Assembly (NCBI GenBank): GCA_963733295.1
Contig: CAVTCS010000003.1
Location: 2,908,113-2,972,112 of the forward strand
Length of the DNA stretch: 64,000 nucleotides
Direction: 5' to 3'
Origin: Vulcanimicrobiota bacterium
GTDB taxonomy: Bacteria; Vulcanimicrobiota; Vulcanimicrobiia; Vulcanimicrobiales; Vulcanimicrobiaceae
In this document: positions 49,252-60,406 of the stretch, piece by piece
Numbering within the stretch: position 1 is the first letter of the stretch
How the letters are laid out: every line of letters begins with the position of its first letter
Translations under genes and position numbers: made by a program
Notes under the pieces: generated by a model
What the model was told of the DNA's origin: nothing
The model's input: only the letters and a program-made list of their open reading frames with translations
Databases searched by the model: none

Positions 49252-50567
49252 GATTTCTGCCAGCGCACGAGGATCGCATAAATGACGGCTGCCACCAGCG
49301 CCCAGCGCAGCAGCACGACGACCGGCGAGAGCGGAAAGTCGGTTGCGAGCAAGACGTTGGCTACCGGCAGCGTGAAGAAAAAAGTAACGGCCGGCGCATC
49401 GGCGAGGGCGGCGTACGGCATGCCCCACGCGAGGTACCACGGGAAAGCGTGTTGCCCGAGGGTCAAGAACGTCCAGGGCGCTCCGGTGAGGAAGGTTCGT
49501 CTGGCGATGACGAGCGCAACGGACGCGAAGCAGAGCAGTGCGAGAAGCACGTGAGCGGCATTCGTGAGGAGCTCCCCCGGCCGTTCGTATGCGACGTAGA
49601 GCTGACGCATCGCCGCGAAATAATCTGGCCCGACGAGCGCAACGGATGCGATGGCGGCAATTCCCGCAGCGACGAGCGCCGGTATCAGACGCCGCGCGAG
49701 CTGTTCGCCCTTCGAGAACGCAAGCATCGCCACGAGCGCAAAGGGAAGCTTCACCAAACCGGCAGCCGCGGCGAGGGGTATCGCAATCCAAAGCCGCGAT
49801 TGCAAAACTGCGGCAGCCAGAACGAAGGCGACGGCCGTCAAATCGTTATGTCCGTCCACGACGTAGAGTTCGTGGAGCGCTGGATTCAGCAGAACGATCG
49901 CGGCCAGCGCGATGGAACGCGTGAGAAGGAAAATCAGACCGGCGCACGCGAGAAGCCCGACTGCCCCGAGACAACGCAGGGCCGTAAGTTGAGCCGCAAG
50001 CGAATGTCCCGCATTCACGGCGACCTTTGAGAGCGCGATCCAGAGAGGTCCGTAGCCGCTGGCAAATAGCGGTAACCCCCAGATCTGATTGATCACGGAT
50101 TGCTCGCCCGGGAATGGGACGCCATTCGGATGGTATGCGGACGGATGCGCCAAGGCCGAACCGATATAAAAGTAGAGATCGCTGCTCGACATGACCGTCG
50201 CTCGAAGCGCGGTCGCCAGCATCGTGACCGTGCCCGCAGCGAGAACGATACCGAGAGGTGCCGCTAGCCGGCGTACGGGACGCAGTGCGACATACAGCGC
50301 GAGAAGGACGACCGATTGAAGCACAGCCAGTCCCTGGAGCGACATGATCTCAGGCATGCTCAGCCGTATCGCGATCCGCGGGCTCTGCAGGAAGTAGGTG
50401 ACGGGGAGTGCGCTAAACCAGGACGGAAGCGGCGTCGGGTGCTGGTTGTGTCCGAGGAGCTCCGTGATCGATCGCTCGGTGCCGTAGAGCGCGCACGTCA
50501 CGGCGACCAGCGTCGCTACAACGAGCAAACGCTGCCTCTCGTCGAGCCTCTCGGGATGACGGCTCAC
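49248..50567 (-). CDS. MptA/MptB-like GT-C glycosyltransferase candidate, paralog of 31045..32460
   Basis: SSDLYFYIG, YGPLWIALSK, LNP, VVDGHNDL, VKLPF, HAFPWYLAWG motifs shared with the paralog. Confidence 0.72.
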   Translation of the reverse strand: MSRHPERLDERQRLLVVATLVAVTCALYGTERSITELLGHNQHPTPLPSWFSALPVTYFLQSPRIAIRLSMPEIMSLQGLAVLQSVVLLALYVALRPVRRLAAPLGIVLAAGTVTMLATALRATVMSSSDLYFYIGSALAHPSAYHPNGVPFPGEQSVINQIWGLPLFASGYGPLWIALSKVAVNAGHSLAAQLTALRCLGAVGLLACAGLIFLLTRSIALAAIVLLNPALHELYVVDGHNDLTAVAFVLAAAVLQSRLWIAIPLAAAAGLVKLPFALVAMLAFSKGEQLARRLIPALVAAGIAAIASVALVGPDYFAAMRQLYVAYERPGELLTNAAHVLLALLCFASVALVIARRTFLTGAPWTFLTLGQHAFPWYLAWGMPYAALADAPAVTFFFTLPVANVLLATDFPLSPVVVLLRWALVAAVIYAILVRWQKS

Positions 50568-50602
50568 CGTGGCAGCTTCGAATCGGCCGTTAGGGCTCCC
50601 GT

Positions 50603-51964
50603 TTGCTGAAGCGTGCGCGACGAACGGACCTCTTGCTCCTGGCCGCGCTCGTTCCGCCTGCCGTGCTCCTCGCCGCGATCGCGCGACTGGCCGTCAACGT
50701 ACCGTATTGGGACGATTGGCGTTGGGCCGACATGGTCGTCAAGTTCGATACCCATCGGCTGACGTTCGGCGACCTCTGGCATCCTGAGGTCGAGCATCGA
50801 ATCCTCTTGCCATCGCTGGAGGCACTCGGCCTTTCGCGTCTCGGTGGCTACAGCACGGTCGTCGAGAGCTTCTTCAGTTGGGGATGTACTTTTGCGCTGC
50901 TCGGCTGCCTCTACGTTCTGTTGCGGCGAACGCTCCCGCCGGCAGCAGTCGGTGTGGTCTTGCTCGTGCAGTCGGTGCTGCTGTTTTCGCTTGCGCAACT
51001 GACGACATATCTTTGGGGCTTTCAGCTCGCCTGGACGAGCGTCAATTTGCTCGCGCTGGTGGTGCTCGTCGCGCTCTGTGGCAAGCGACTCGGTCCGTTC
51101 GAGTTTTTGCTGGCGCTCATCGCCGCGCTCGCAGCATCGGTCTCGAGCGCGCAAGGTCTCATGGTCCTTCCAATCGGGTTGCTGGCGATCGCGACAAGAC
51201 GGCCATTTCCAGGGCGTGCTGCGCTCGCGTGGACCGGAGCTGCAGTTGCGGCGATCTTTCTCATCCTGCCGGGACTCAGCCTCGCGCAACCCGGAACGGG
51301 ACTCGAGTTTGGCGGGTCAGTTCTTGCGTGCTGCGACGTTTCCGATCGTGCTCGGCGCGCCGGTTGCGGGATGGTCGGGCACGACCGGAGCTTTCGTGGC
51401 AGGGCTCTTTGCGCTCGTGGCGAGCCGTGACGGCCGCGCTCGGAGTATGTCGCTCTCGTGCGAAAGCATGCACCCGAAACTCTACGCTGGACTCCGTGGA
51501 TCGCACTTACATTTTTCGGCATCTGTGGTTCGCTCATGATCGCACTCGGCCGCGGTGCGCTGGGACTTGAGTATGGCCTGCAGGAGCGGTACATTACGCT
51601 TTCGAGCATGGCCTGGATCGGACTCATCCCCTTGACGATTTTCCAATTCGAGCGGCTCTCGGCGGATAGGCTGCGCCGGGCGAGGGTGCCGATTCTTCTC
51701 ACCGCCGGCGTTCTCGCATTTGCACTCTTGAACGAATACGTCAGTACCGTGCCGAGCGCGCTCGCCGCGCACCAGCGGCGATTCGCGCAATTCGAACTCG
51801 TCCGCAGCTATGCGCGCTGGGACGACCAGACGCTCATCACCGAACTCTTTCCCAACGAGTCGGCCAGGGCGTTCATGCGCGAGACGCACTTTCCGAGTCC
51901 CGACGACGTTCGCAGCATCATCGCCGGCCTCGAGGCGAATGGCGAGGGTCCGTTCCGCCGGTAA
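50603..51964 (+). pseudogene. Polytopic membrane protein (GT-C-like) with about three +1 frameshifts at 51290-51460, probably sequence errors
   Basis: N-terminal VNVPYWDDW...EHRI...WGFQ; C-terminal ALGR...ERYIT; hydrophobic middle passes through two other frames. Confidence 0.6.
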
Positions 51965-51980
51965 GGGACACGGTCACGAT

Positions 51981-53362
51981 CTACGCCGGGACGTAGCCGC
52001 GTGGACCGCCGGCGCGGGAGATCGCCTCGGCGACCATCTCCTCGCCGATCGCGGCATTTGCCCAGCGGGCGCGCGCAGTCCGGTTCGAGCGTGTCGATCG
52101 GATCGAAGTAGACAAAGTGCTTGCCGGGCTTCACGCTCGGTGCCGAATAGACGGCGATGCCATTCTCGCGATCGTAGTAGTCGAAGCTGTGGACGTCGCG
52201 CTTCCCGCCGCCGCCGGGCGCATCGCAGATGAAGGTCGGCGTGTTGAAACCCGCCGTCGAACCGCGCACGAACTTCTCGATGTCGAGTGCGGTCTGAACG
52301 GAGGTTCGCAGATCTTCGACGCCCTTTACCAAGTCGTGCATATAGACGTAGTACGCGTGGACGTTCAGATACCCAAGACGGCGTACGAGTAACTGCATCA
52401 CCGCGGCGTCGTCGTTGACTCCGCGAATGAGTACCGACTGGTTGCGAACGGTGATGCCGCGCTCGAAGAGCAACTGCATCGCTTGTTGCGTGATCCAGCT
52501 GATCTCGTTCGGATTGTTGAAGTGCGTGTGGAGGACGACGTCCTTGCCCATGCGGCGCCCCTTCTCGACGACGCCGCCGATCGCATCGGTCCATGCGCGA
52601 TCGGTGAGAATTTTCATCGGCATGACGGCTGGCCCTTTGGTCGCGAAGCGCATCCGGCGAATGTGCGGAATCGCAAGCAATGCATCGCCGATCATCGTTA
52701 CCGACTTCGGAGCCAACTGATAGACGTCGCCGCCCGAAATGACGATGTCTTCGATTTCCGGGACGCGAAGCGATGTAGTCGAAGGCATCTTGCCATTGCT
52801 TCGGATTCTTCGCCAGCGGAACTTTGTCGATCAATTCGGTATCGGCGCCGATCGCGTACGAACGCGTGCAGAAGCGGCAGTACACCGGACACACGTTGAG
52901 CGGCAAGAAAAGCGCTTTGTCGAAGTAGCGATGCGTCAGACCGGGCACCGGCGAGTCTTCGAGCTCGTGCAACGAATCGAGCGTCAGGCGCGGGTGATCG
53001 GGCCGTAGCTTCGAGGCGAGGGGGATGAACTGCGTCCGGATCGGATCGGCGTAAGGCTTCAACCAATCGATCGAGGCCATCATGTACGGCGAGACGCGCA
53101 CGGCCATCGGTGCGCGCTTGAATCCTTCTCGGGCGTCGTCGATGAACGATGGCTCGACGAGATCCTTGACCGTTTCCAGCAGCTCGTCGGGAGACTTGAC
53201 GGAGTTTTGACCCTGCCAGATATGGTCGAGGAAGGTCGCTTCGTCCACGTCTCGATATGCCGGAATAGCGCGCCAGAATTCACCTTGGCGCACGTTGCGA
53301 TGCTCGAGTTCTCCCGCCGCGACGGGCGGTTTGATGTGCGCTTCGCGGGCAATCGTTTCCAT
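51981..53362 (-). CDS. kamA: Lysine 2,3-aminomutase-like radical SAM enzyme; two single-base insertions at about 52760 and 52081
   Basis: THRY, CPVYCRFCTR, SGGD, THFN, NQSVLIRGVND, DAPGGGGK across two ORFs; third frame ends ...RGYVPA* at 51981. Confidence 0.88.
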
Positions 53363-53375
53363 AATTCGGCGTATC

Positions 53376-54440
53376 CTAGCGGGCCGGATGCCCGAAGCGT
53401 TCGAGGAAGTATTTCATGATCGGGGGATTGTCGCGTAACGTTTGTAACGCGGTCTCGGCGTGACCGGTTGCGTAGCCGTTTCCGATCATCATCGTCACGT
53501 CTTTTCCGACGCCCTCGGCACCCAGTGCCGCCGCGGTGAACGACGTGCTCATCGAGAAGAAGTAGACCGTGCCGCCGTCGCGCGTTACCAGAATCGAGGC
53601 GAGTTCGGTGCCCGGTACGTTGACGCAGTTGATCGTGAGGTCCGCCCCGTCCGGGAGCGACGCCTTCGTTAGCTCGAGCACCGAAAGAGTGTTTCGCGCG
53701 TCCGCCTCGATGAAAGCGTCGACGTAACCGCAATCGATCAAGAGCCGCGCCGGCACGCTCGAGGCGTGTGGGCCGACCGCGATGACGCGTCCCTCGGCTC
53801 CGACGCGCTGGCGCGCCTGCGCGCAAGACAGCATTCCCGACTTTCCGTCGGCTCCCAGCACGATCACGTTCTGTCCGGGTTGCGCGAGTCGCCGCACCTG
53901 CGCCGGCGCACCGGCGACGTCGAGCACCGCGAGCGCGACATCATCGGGTATATCATCCGGAAGCTTCGCAAAGATTCCGCTCGCAAACAAGACCGACGTC
54001 CCCTTGATCCAAACGCGTCCTGTCGTCATGTCGATCGCTTCCACCGACTCGATCTCGAGGGGCGTAAGCGTTAACGAGACGAGCGAGGCGATGCGGTCGC
54101 CCTCGCGCACGCTGCTTCCATCGCGGATGGCGGATCCAAGCTCGCGCACGCGGCCGACGAACATGCCGCCGCTTCCGGTGACCGGATTGTGATGCTTTCC
54201 GCGCTGGCGGACGAGGTCGACGATTTGCGTCGCCACGCGCTCCGCGTCGCGATCGCAAGCCGTTACGATCTGGCGGAACGACGCCGAATCGATATTGAGG
54301 ATCTCGACATCGCAAACGATCTCGTTGTCGCGTGCAACCGGCGTCGCATCGAGCTTCCAAGCCGACTGTGGCAGCGAGCCTGAAGGTTCCAGCACGCGGT
54401 GCGTGCCGAAGCGGCAGGCTTTGACTGTGACGCGCGTCAT
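53376..54440 (-). CDS. kdd: L-erythro-3,5-diaminohexanoate dehydrogenase-like protein
   Basis: GTHRVLEP, LNIDSASF, RGKHHNPVTGSGGM, LVSLTLTPL, LDVAGAPAQ, AALGAEGVGKD, IGNGY. Confidence 0.85.
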   Translation of the reverse strand: MTRVTVKACRFGTHRVLEPSGSLPQSAWKLDATPVARDNEIVCDVEILNIDSASFRQIVTACDRDAERVATQIVDLVRQRGKHHNPVTGSGGMFVGRVRELGSAIRDGSSVREGDRIASLVSLTLTPLEIESVEAIDMTTGRVWIKGTSVLFASGIFAKLPDDIPDDVALAVLDVAGAPAQVRRLAQPGQNVIVLGADGKSGMLSCAQARQRVGAEGRVIAVGPHASSVPARLLIDCGYVDAFIEADARNTLSVLELTKASLPDGADLTINCVNVPGTELASILVTRDGGTVYFFSMSTSFTAAALGAEGVGKDVTMMIGNGYATGHAETALQTLRDNPPIMKYFLERFGHPAR

Positions 54441-54946
54441 CGCTCGCCTACAAGACGCAGGGCGCTCTCACCGGAATCGCCTTTGAGGAGGAAATCGGAA
54501 GCGATGCCGTCGCGGTGAAAGGGAGTCGAAAGAACGAGCGTGGTCTTCGTGCGCGCGATGCCCGGCACGGCTTTGAGCCGGCTCAAGAATTCATCCAGGT
54601 GAGCCGTGGAGCGTGTGACGACTTTGAGGACGAACGACTCCTCGCCGGCGACGCTGTGAATCTCGCCGACCTCTGGAAACGAGGACACCGCCTGACAGAA
54701 AGCTTCGTAGCTGACCTCGGGAGTCGTGTAAGCGCTCACGAAGGCGGAAAGCCCGAGCCCGAGGCGTGGGGCATCGAGCAACGCCCCGTAGCCTTGGATG
54801 AAGCCGCGCTGCTCGAGCCGCTTTACCCGCTCGTGCACGGCAGGCGGTTTCAGGCCGACAGTTTCCGCAAGCTCGGCAAAGGTCGAACGCCCATTCCGCT
54901 GGAGCGCTTCCAGAAGAAAGGCGTCTATTCGGTCAAAATCAGCCAT
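54437..54946 (-). CDS. Lrp/AsnC-family transcriptional regulator
   Basis: LQRNGRSTFAELAETVGL...ERVKRLEQRGFIQGY HTH; HSVAGE...TKTTLVL RAM domain. Confidence 0.93.
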   Translation of the reverse strand: MADFDRIDAFLLEALQRNGRSTFAELAETVGLKPPAVHERVKRLEQRGFIQGYGALLDAPRLGLGLSAFVSAYTTPEVSYEAFCQAVSSFPEVGEIHSVAGEESFVLKVVTRSTAHLDEFLSRLKAVPGIARTKTTLVLSTPFHRDGIASDFLLKGDSGESALRLVGER

Positions 54947-54999
54947 GGCCCGCCATCAGTATGGAATTTGGTTGTTGCCCACGTTTTATTAGGGATTAG

Positions 55000-55028
55000 A
55001 TGATAACTGAAAGCGCTTTCTTTGGCAA
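55000..55028 (-). promoter_or_regulatory. Sigma70 promoter TTGCCA-N17-TATCAT with palindromic operator GAAAGCGCTTTC in the spacer
   Basis: -35 at 55028-55023, -10 at 55005-55000; perfect 12-bp palindrome at 55009-55020. Confidence 0.7.
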
Positions 55029-55125
55029 GATGGGCTCACTCACACCTTTCCCTGGCCGATGGGCTTGAATCGGCCTCGCCAGCTTCCGATTCTTTAAGGT
55101 CGAAGGTCTTACAGAAGTGAGGTCG

Positions 55126-57105
55126 ATGCAGGCCGCGGGCGAAGCCTTTTATCCTGAGTCCAGGGCTGGCGTAGAGACCCGCTCAAACGCGCGCGTCTGG
55201 GACCGAGCTGCGGCGCTGGCGTTGATCATTGCGCTCAGCGTCGGTTTGTCGACGTTCTGGGCGTTTCGCGTCCCGATCTTCGAGGAACCGGACGAGAGCG
55301 CGCACTTCGACTACGCGATCTCGATCGCGACCGCTCACAAATTGATCTTGGCGCGCGACGGCATCCCGGGTACGGACGTACACCCGTACACGAGATACCT
55401 CGAGGATGCCACGAATTTCCGCGGCACACGCTACAACCCCGACGGACGTGCCCCCCAAGGATATGGTACCGCAGCATTACTCAGAGGATTGACGCTGGAA
55501 TGCCGAGCCTTACTAGCACGAGCGTCGCGTCGCGCCGCATACCATATATCGTTCCATGGTACCCGTTCGGCTTCTATGCTGTCGAGGCGCTCGTCATGAA
55601 CCTCGCGGCCCTCGCAACACATAATTCGTTGGTCGCAATATTTTTCTCAGCTCGACTCTTCTGCGTGCTGCTGCTGCCTATCAGCTTACTACTTTGGAAC
55701 GCAATCCTTACCGAATTGGGATCAGCCGGTGGCAGAGGCTCGGCATACTGCTGGCTGCGGGGACATTCCCCTTGACGTCATGGGTGTTCGGCTATATTCA
55801 GCCGGATAATCTCGCCTTCGTTCTGACTTCGCTCGCCGTCTACTTGGGGCTTAAGGCGCGACATTCTGTTCAGCGCGACCGAACTTGGTTTATGATAGGC
55901 GTAGTCCTCGGCGCCGGACTTGCTACTAAAGTTCACTATTTTGTCGCCACGGCGATCCCGATATTCGCTTGGTTGATCGTATGTAGCGCAAACGAGCATC
56001 TCCTACCGCTTCGTGTTGCCCGCAAGATCTGCATACTCTTAGCCCCGATTGCTGCACTATTCGCTGCGTGTCTTTACATAATGCACGCACCCATCGGCGC
56101 TGGGCCCTTCTCAGGCATAGAGCTCGGGAATCAATTCTATAAGGCGGCTCACCTCGGTGTATCCGCTCTCCTGGCTTACATCTTGTCTCGGGTCAGCCTC
56201 GTCTACGGCACCTACTTCGGAGTGGGCCAAGGTTAGTGTCATACTGGGGATCGATATCCTGGCTCATGACGCCGGTAGCTTTCGGGGGTCTCTTGGACAA
56301 CGGAACTCGTCTTCGTGTGCATCAGCATGCTCTCGACTGCGGTCGCGGGCTTAATGCTGCTGCGTCAAGTGCGAGTACTTTTCCGAATCAGGCGAGTTGC
56401 TCTTGGGAGATCGATTCTCACGGCAGCGACAGTATTTAGCGGGAATCTCGTCCTCAATACCTACCTGCTTTTCTTCACAGTTATCGTAAGCCTATCGATC
56501 TTCACAAATGGCGACCTAATAAATCAGGGCCGCTATTGGTTGCCATTTATAGTCGCAAGCATGCTGTGCGCGACCAGATCCGCCCCGCAAACGTTGCCGG
56601 TGCGTTTTTCGTCGTCCCCTCACGACGTTAATGATTTTCGCGCTCTGCACTTATTCCTTAATCTCAAGTCCTCTTGCGCTTCGTTCCCTAGAACGGCGCT
56701 TTTATAAGCCGCCAGCACTTCATCGACTTGCTTCTGAACGCATGCTCCATGTGGACTCATCTTGTGCAAACCCAGGCGACGATGTACCCGCTCAATCGGT
56801 CGTCGTGTTGAAACGCCGTGTTGCTCTAGTTATCTGCGGCTGGGCGCTAAATGCCAGCGAAGGCGCTCCAGCTCAAGGAGTTGCAGATAGACGGAGGGCG
56901 AAGTGAGAAGGCATTTTATGGAATCCCCCGACCCGACATTGTGCGAAGCCTTTTTGACGAGCGTTTTCTTCGGAGTGGGTTTCGCGCCGTTCTCGCGACA
57001 AAAGATTTGACTCCAGGGGTACATCAAGTGCGCTTTTTTGTCGTCGAGCATGGACGCGGTACGGTGCCGGCAATGATGTCGCTGAAACTATGGGTCGCTA
57101 CTTGA
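55126..57105 (+). pseudogene. DUF2142-like polytopic membrane protein with a C-terminal Ig-like domain; multiple frameshifts
   Basis: Fragments in changing frames: PIFEEPDESAHFDYA, YPFGFY, IQPDNL, TKVHY, QGRYWLP, GWA...YGIPRPDI...SGF...PGVH. Confidence 0.65.
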
Positions 57106-57284
57106 CTCAGACACACTTGAGAATGCGCTCGTTGAGCGTCGCTGCTGATTGCAGGGCTGTACGGCGAACAGGTTGTAAGGAGACGCCGCGGGAGCATGAG
57201 GAACGGCAGTGCGTTCTCGACGGCCCGATGAGCAGGGGGTCTCGGGGTTAGTGCTGGAGCAAGGGTCCTGCACAGAGGGCTGTG

Positions 57285-57984
57285 ATGCATCGAGTTCTCA
57301 CATCGAGCCTAAGATCACAGTACTCCTGCGCGTGTATAACGGGCAACAGTTTATACGCCAAGCGATAGAAAGCGTTCTCGGGCAGGACCGAAGTGATTTC
57401 GAGTTCCTGATTGTGGACGACGGTTCAACGGATGAGACAGCCAGCATCCTTTCCGAGTACCTAGATCCACGCATTAGACGGCTCCACCACGAAAATCGTG
57501 GCCTTCCAGGCACAACCGCTCGTGGCGTTGTCGAAGCGCGTGGAGAACTGATCGCGCTTATCGATGCCGACGATATCATGGCGCGCGATCGTCTGACACT
57601 TCAAGCTGCGATGTTCGCCTCAGACAATGATGTTGTTATCGTGGGATCCGATCTCGAAATCATGAATGAGGAGGGGCGTACCGTTGGCTCACGGACGTAT
57701 CCGCATTCGGACACCTCAATTCGTCGCTCGCTTCTTTTTTCAACCCCTTCGGCAATCCGTCTCTAATGTTTCGCCGCTCGGCTGCTTTAGAATGTGGAAA
57801 TGTGACGGAGCTATTCCGCTCGGTTGAAGACTATGATTTTAATCTTCGAATCTTGAAGCACGGAAAGGGCGCAAACATCGCCCATCCACTGATCAAAAAT
57901 AGCATCATCGTCGGTCAATTAAGTCGGTCGCGACTAAAGGGCAGTCAGCGAAACGATCGCGCTGCGTCAACGCGCCATAACTAG
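57285..57984 (+). pseudogene. GT2 glycosyltransferase, frameshifted (boundaries approximate)
   Basis: ITVLLRVYNG, IVDDGSTD, IDADD; shift in the T-run at 57735-57740; then NPSLMFRR...EDYDF. Confidence 0.75.
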
Positions 57985-58107
57985 AGTACGCCTACGTCGG
58001 CAGTCCAAAGTGACTTTGTTCGATGCAACCCCACGAACGCTGTTGCTCGGCCGGCACCGGTCATTCGCTAGTCTTCCGGAGCCTCTTCTATCCCGACTGA
58101 GGATGAC

Positions 58108-58880
58108 TTAATCGCGTGACGTTCTCCGACGACAAGGAGCGCCTTCGAGATCACCCACAAAGCGGGGAAACGTGCGATCAGACGAGACCCAAGCTGTACA
58201 GACGGTTATTCCCAGATATGGCGTTAGCGAATATTCGCCGGAAGTGTGAAAGGCAAAGTCGAGTTCAGGTTGACGTCGGAGCGCCTTCATGAGCGACCAT
58301 AGGTTGGTGTGTAATACAGTCAGTGAAATCGGTTCCTCGCTTGGTCAGTTGCATATACAAGTTCGCCAACGGGATAGGCAGGTATCCGAGGAACGGTAAT
58401 TATAATGGAGACTCAATTGGCCAAAGTTTGTTTGGAACGAGTATGAAAAGTGCCGTGTGGACGGACAGACGGGACGTAAAGCGTCAACTGAGCCCGATGA
58501 TTGCGTATGTGTTCGTAGACGTCACCTAGGATGATGAGATCAAAACCGCCTTCATCTTGCCACGTGGGTCAAATTCAGCGTTTTCAAAGCCGGAGGTTCG
58601 GAGGGAGTGCGACCAGCTGAATCGCCCCTTCGTAGAGCGTGACATCGGCTCGATGCCGACAACCTGCGTGAGAATGCGGCGAGGGCTCGGCTCGTGGCGT
58701 CATATCCAGAACCAGCGTCCCATGCACGCAGTGCGTTCCAGTCTCGGAGCTTTTCAGGCGTGGTGATACCGTCAGATAGTGCATGTTTGGCGATGACTCG
58801 CCTAATAATTCCGTGCCAGGAGTGTGTCGAGCATATCCAGGCGGGGCGGCCTTCATCTCGACAGCATGCGGCAAGGCCCT
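58108..58880 (-). pseudogene. Class I SAM-dependent methyltransferase, heavily frameshifted (boundaries approximate)
   Basis: Fragments DAGSGY, VVGIEP, FDLIILGDVYEHI, LVPNKLWPIE, LPFLGYLP read across frames. Confidence 0.55.
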
Positions 58881-59099
58881 CTCGTTTGCTCTGTCACAGC
58901 CCACGCTTGGCTCGGCGGGAATCCCGGAAGCCAGGCGGCTGTGCCTAGAGACCTGGACCTTCCGACGCCGTGCGGTCGATCGACGTCGTACGGAGAAGGA
59001 CCTGGATGGGAGGTCCCAGGAGGTAACACACGTTGGTACCGTAGCTGCACCGTTGGAAAAGAAAGCTCATCACGAAAAAAAGTGACTGTCGGCGTTCGA

Positions 59100-60009
59100 G
59101 TCTACGTGCCGTGATGTGGCTGCTGGAAATATGGATTTGGCAAGAACTGGCGCGAACCTAATTCGGGCTGTAGATCTTACTGGGTGGTCCATCACGTGGA
59201 ACAAAATAGAGCTGATCAAGCCACCAGGGAATCTTAAAAAGCGGCGCTTACCAGCATTCCAGTGCGGTTCAAGCTTTCGCTGCGGCATCAGCTCTGTTGA
59301 ATTCCCGGATCGCCGAGAAGCTCACCCGCCCAATGGTTGTGCTGCATTTAGCAGATATCATCAGAACAAAAGTAACTGTAACATCGGGAGATATGCCTCA
59401 CTGTTACCGGCCAGTATATCGAGTGAATGCATCATTGACGAGTAGAAATCAGACATCAATGAGATGAACCCGATGGTGCATCGTGCAAACCTGTTCCAAG
59501 AATTTCGGTATGGTCTACTTTGAAGACTCGCCTAATATCAGTCGGCCATGTGGCGGTACAAGGGCGCGCGGCGGAGAGCGCCTTCATCGATGAGCGGAAA
59601 TCACCACGCTGATAGATGTCGGGATGATCGGCGATAATCGAGGGAGCCGGCATTCCGACCCCGCCGTCGAAACCGACAACATAATCTCGATCCCGAGCTC
59701 CTTGCCTATCGGCTGCGACTATGTACAGAAGATTCATCAATCCTCGACCCTCAGCGACGCCAAATCCGAGGGCCGTCAGTTTCTTAAAGCCGTAGCAGTT
59801 TGGAATCTTCCCAGCCTCAAACAAGTCGCAGGCGTACGGCTGGATGGAAGGACGTCGAAATCGATCTTTGCCTGCGTTGTGCCAGAGTGCCACGGAAGGG
59901 ACAGTAGATCGAAGTGAAGCGGTCGGTCAGGCGTCAACACTATGCGCTTGAGGACGCGAGGGGTCGAAATCCATGTCAAGAAAGCGCGCGTCTTCGCGAA
60001 AGCGTCCAT
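59100..60009 (-). pseudogene. TylF/MycF-like methyltransferase-fold protein, heavily frameshifted (3' boundary approximate)
   Basis: Fragments FGVAEGRGL, VVGFDGGVGMP, DHPDIY..GDF, IGFI..DFYSS, GELL/AIREFN; AAGGA upstream of ATG 60009. Confidence 0.5.
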
Positions 60010-60048
60010 TGGAGTGCGAATTCCTTACTTAAAGAGACGTACCTGACA

Positions 60049-60404
60049 TCAACGAAGGTCGTCCGTGTTGTGAATGAGCGGTTCGTCCGATTCGTTGAGC
60101 GGTTTCAATAGGGCGAGTGCCCGGACGGTCGTGACGAGCGCCTGTTCCTGCCGCTTAAAGCGAAATAGAAATTGGCGGTGACGAAGAGGCCGACCGATGA
60201 TTGCGAAGTATGTAACGAGGATCGGTGCCACGACCGACATGTAACCACTCGGCGATAGTTTCGGCGAGAATTGGCGATATGATAAGCACTGCGCCACCCG
60301 CCCCAGAAACAGAAGAGCCGCCAGGGATTGGAGGCCGGTCAAGCGGTGGCTCGGCAAGTAAACTCCCCAAGACACCAGAGCTCAACGAGAAGCGAAGCAA
60401 TCAT
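60049..60404 (-). pseudogene. DUF2304-like small membrane protein, frameshifted
   Basis: VGRGTD motif and C-terminal EQALVTTVRALAL in different frames; follows a DPM-synthase-like GT2. Confidence 0.6.
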
Positions 60405-60406
60405 CT

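Noticed and set aside
52750..52770. Programmed ribosomal frameshift in kamA
   Set aside because: A second insertion lies near 52081 and neighbouring genes show similar indels; no canonical slippery heptamer, so sequence error is more parsimonious.
54947..55125. Lysine riboswitch upstream of lrp-kdd-kamA
   Set aside because: The predicted leader is only about 45 nt, far too short, and no conserved lysine-riboswitch elements are visible.
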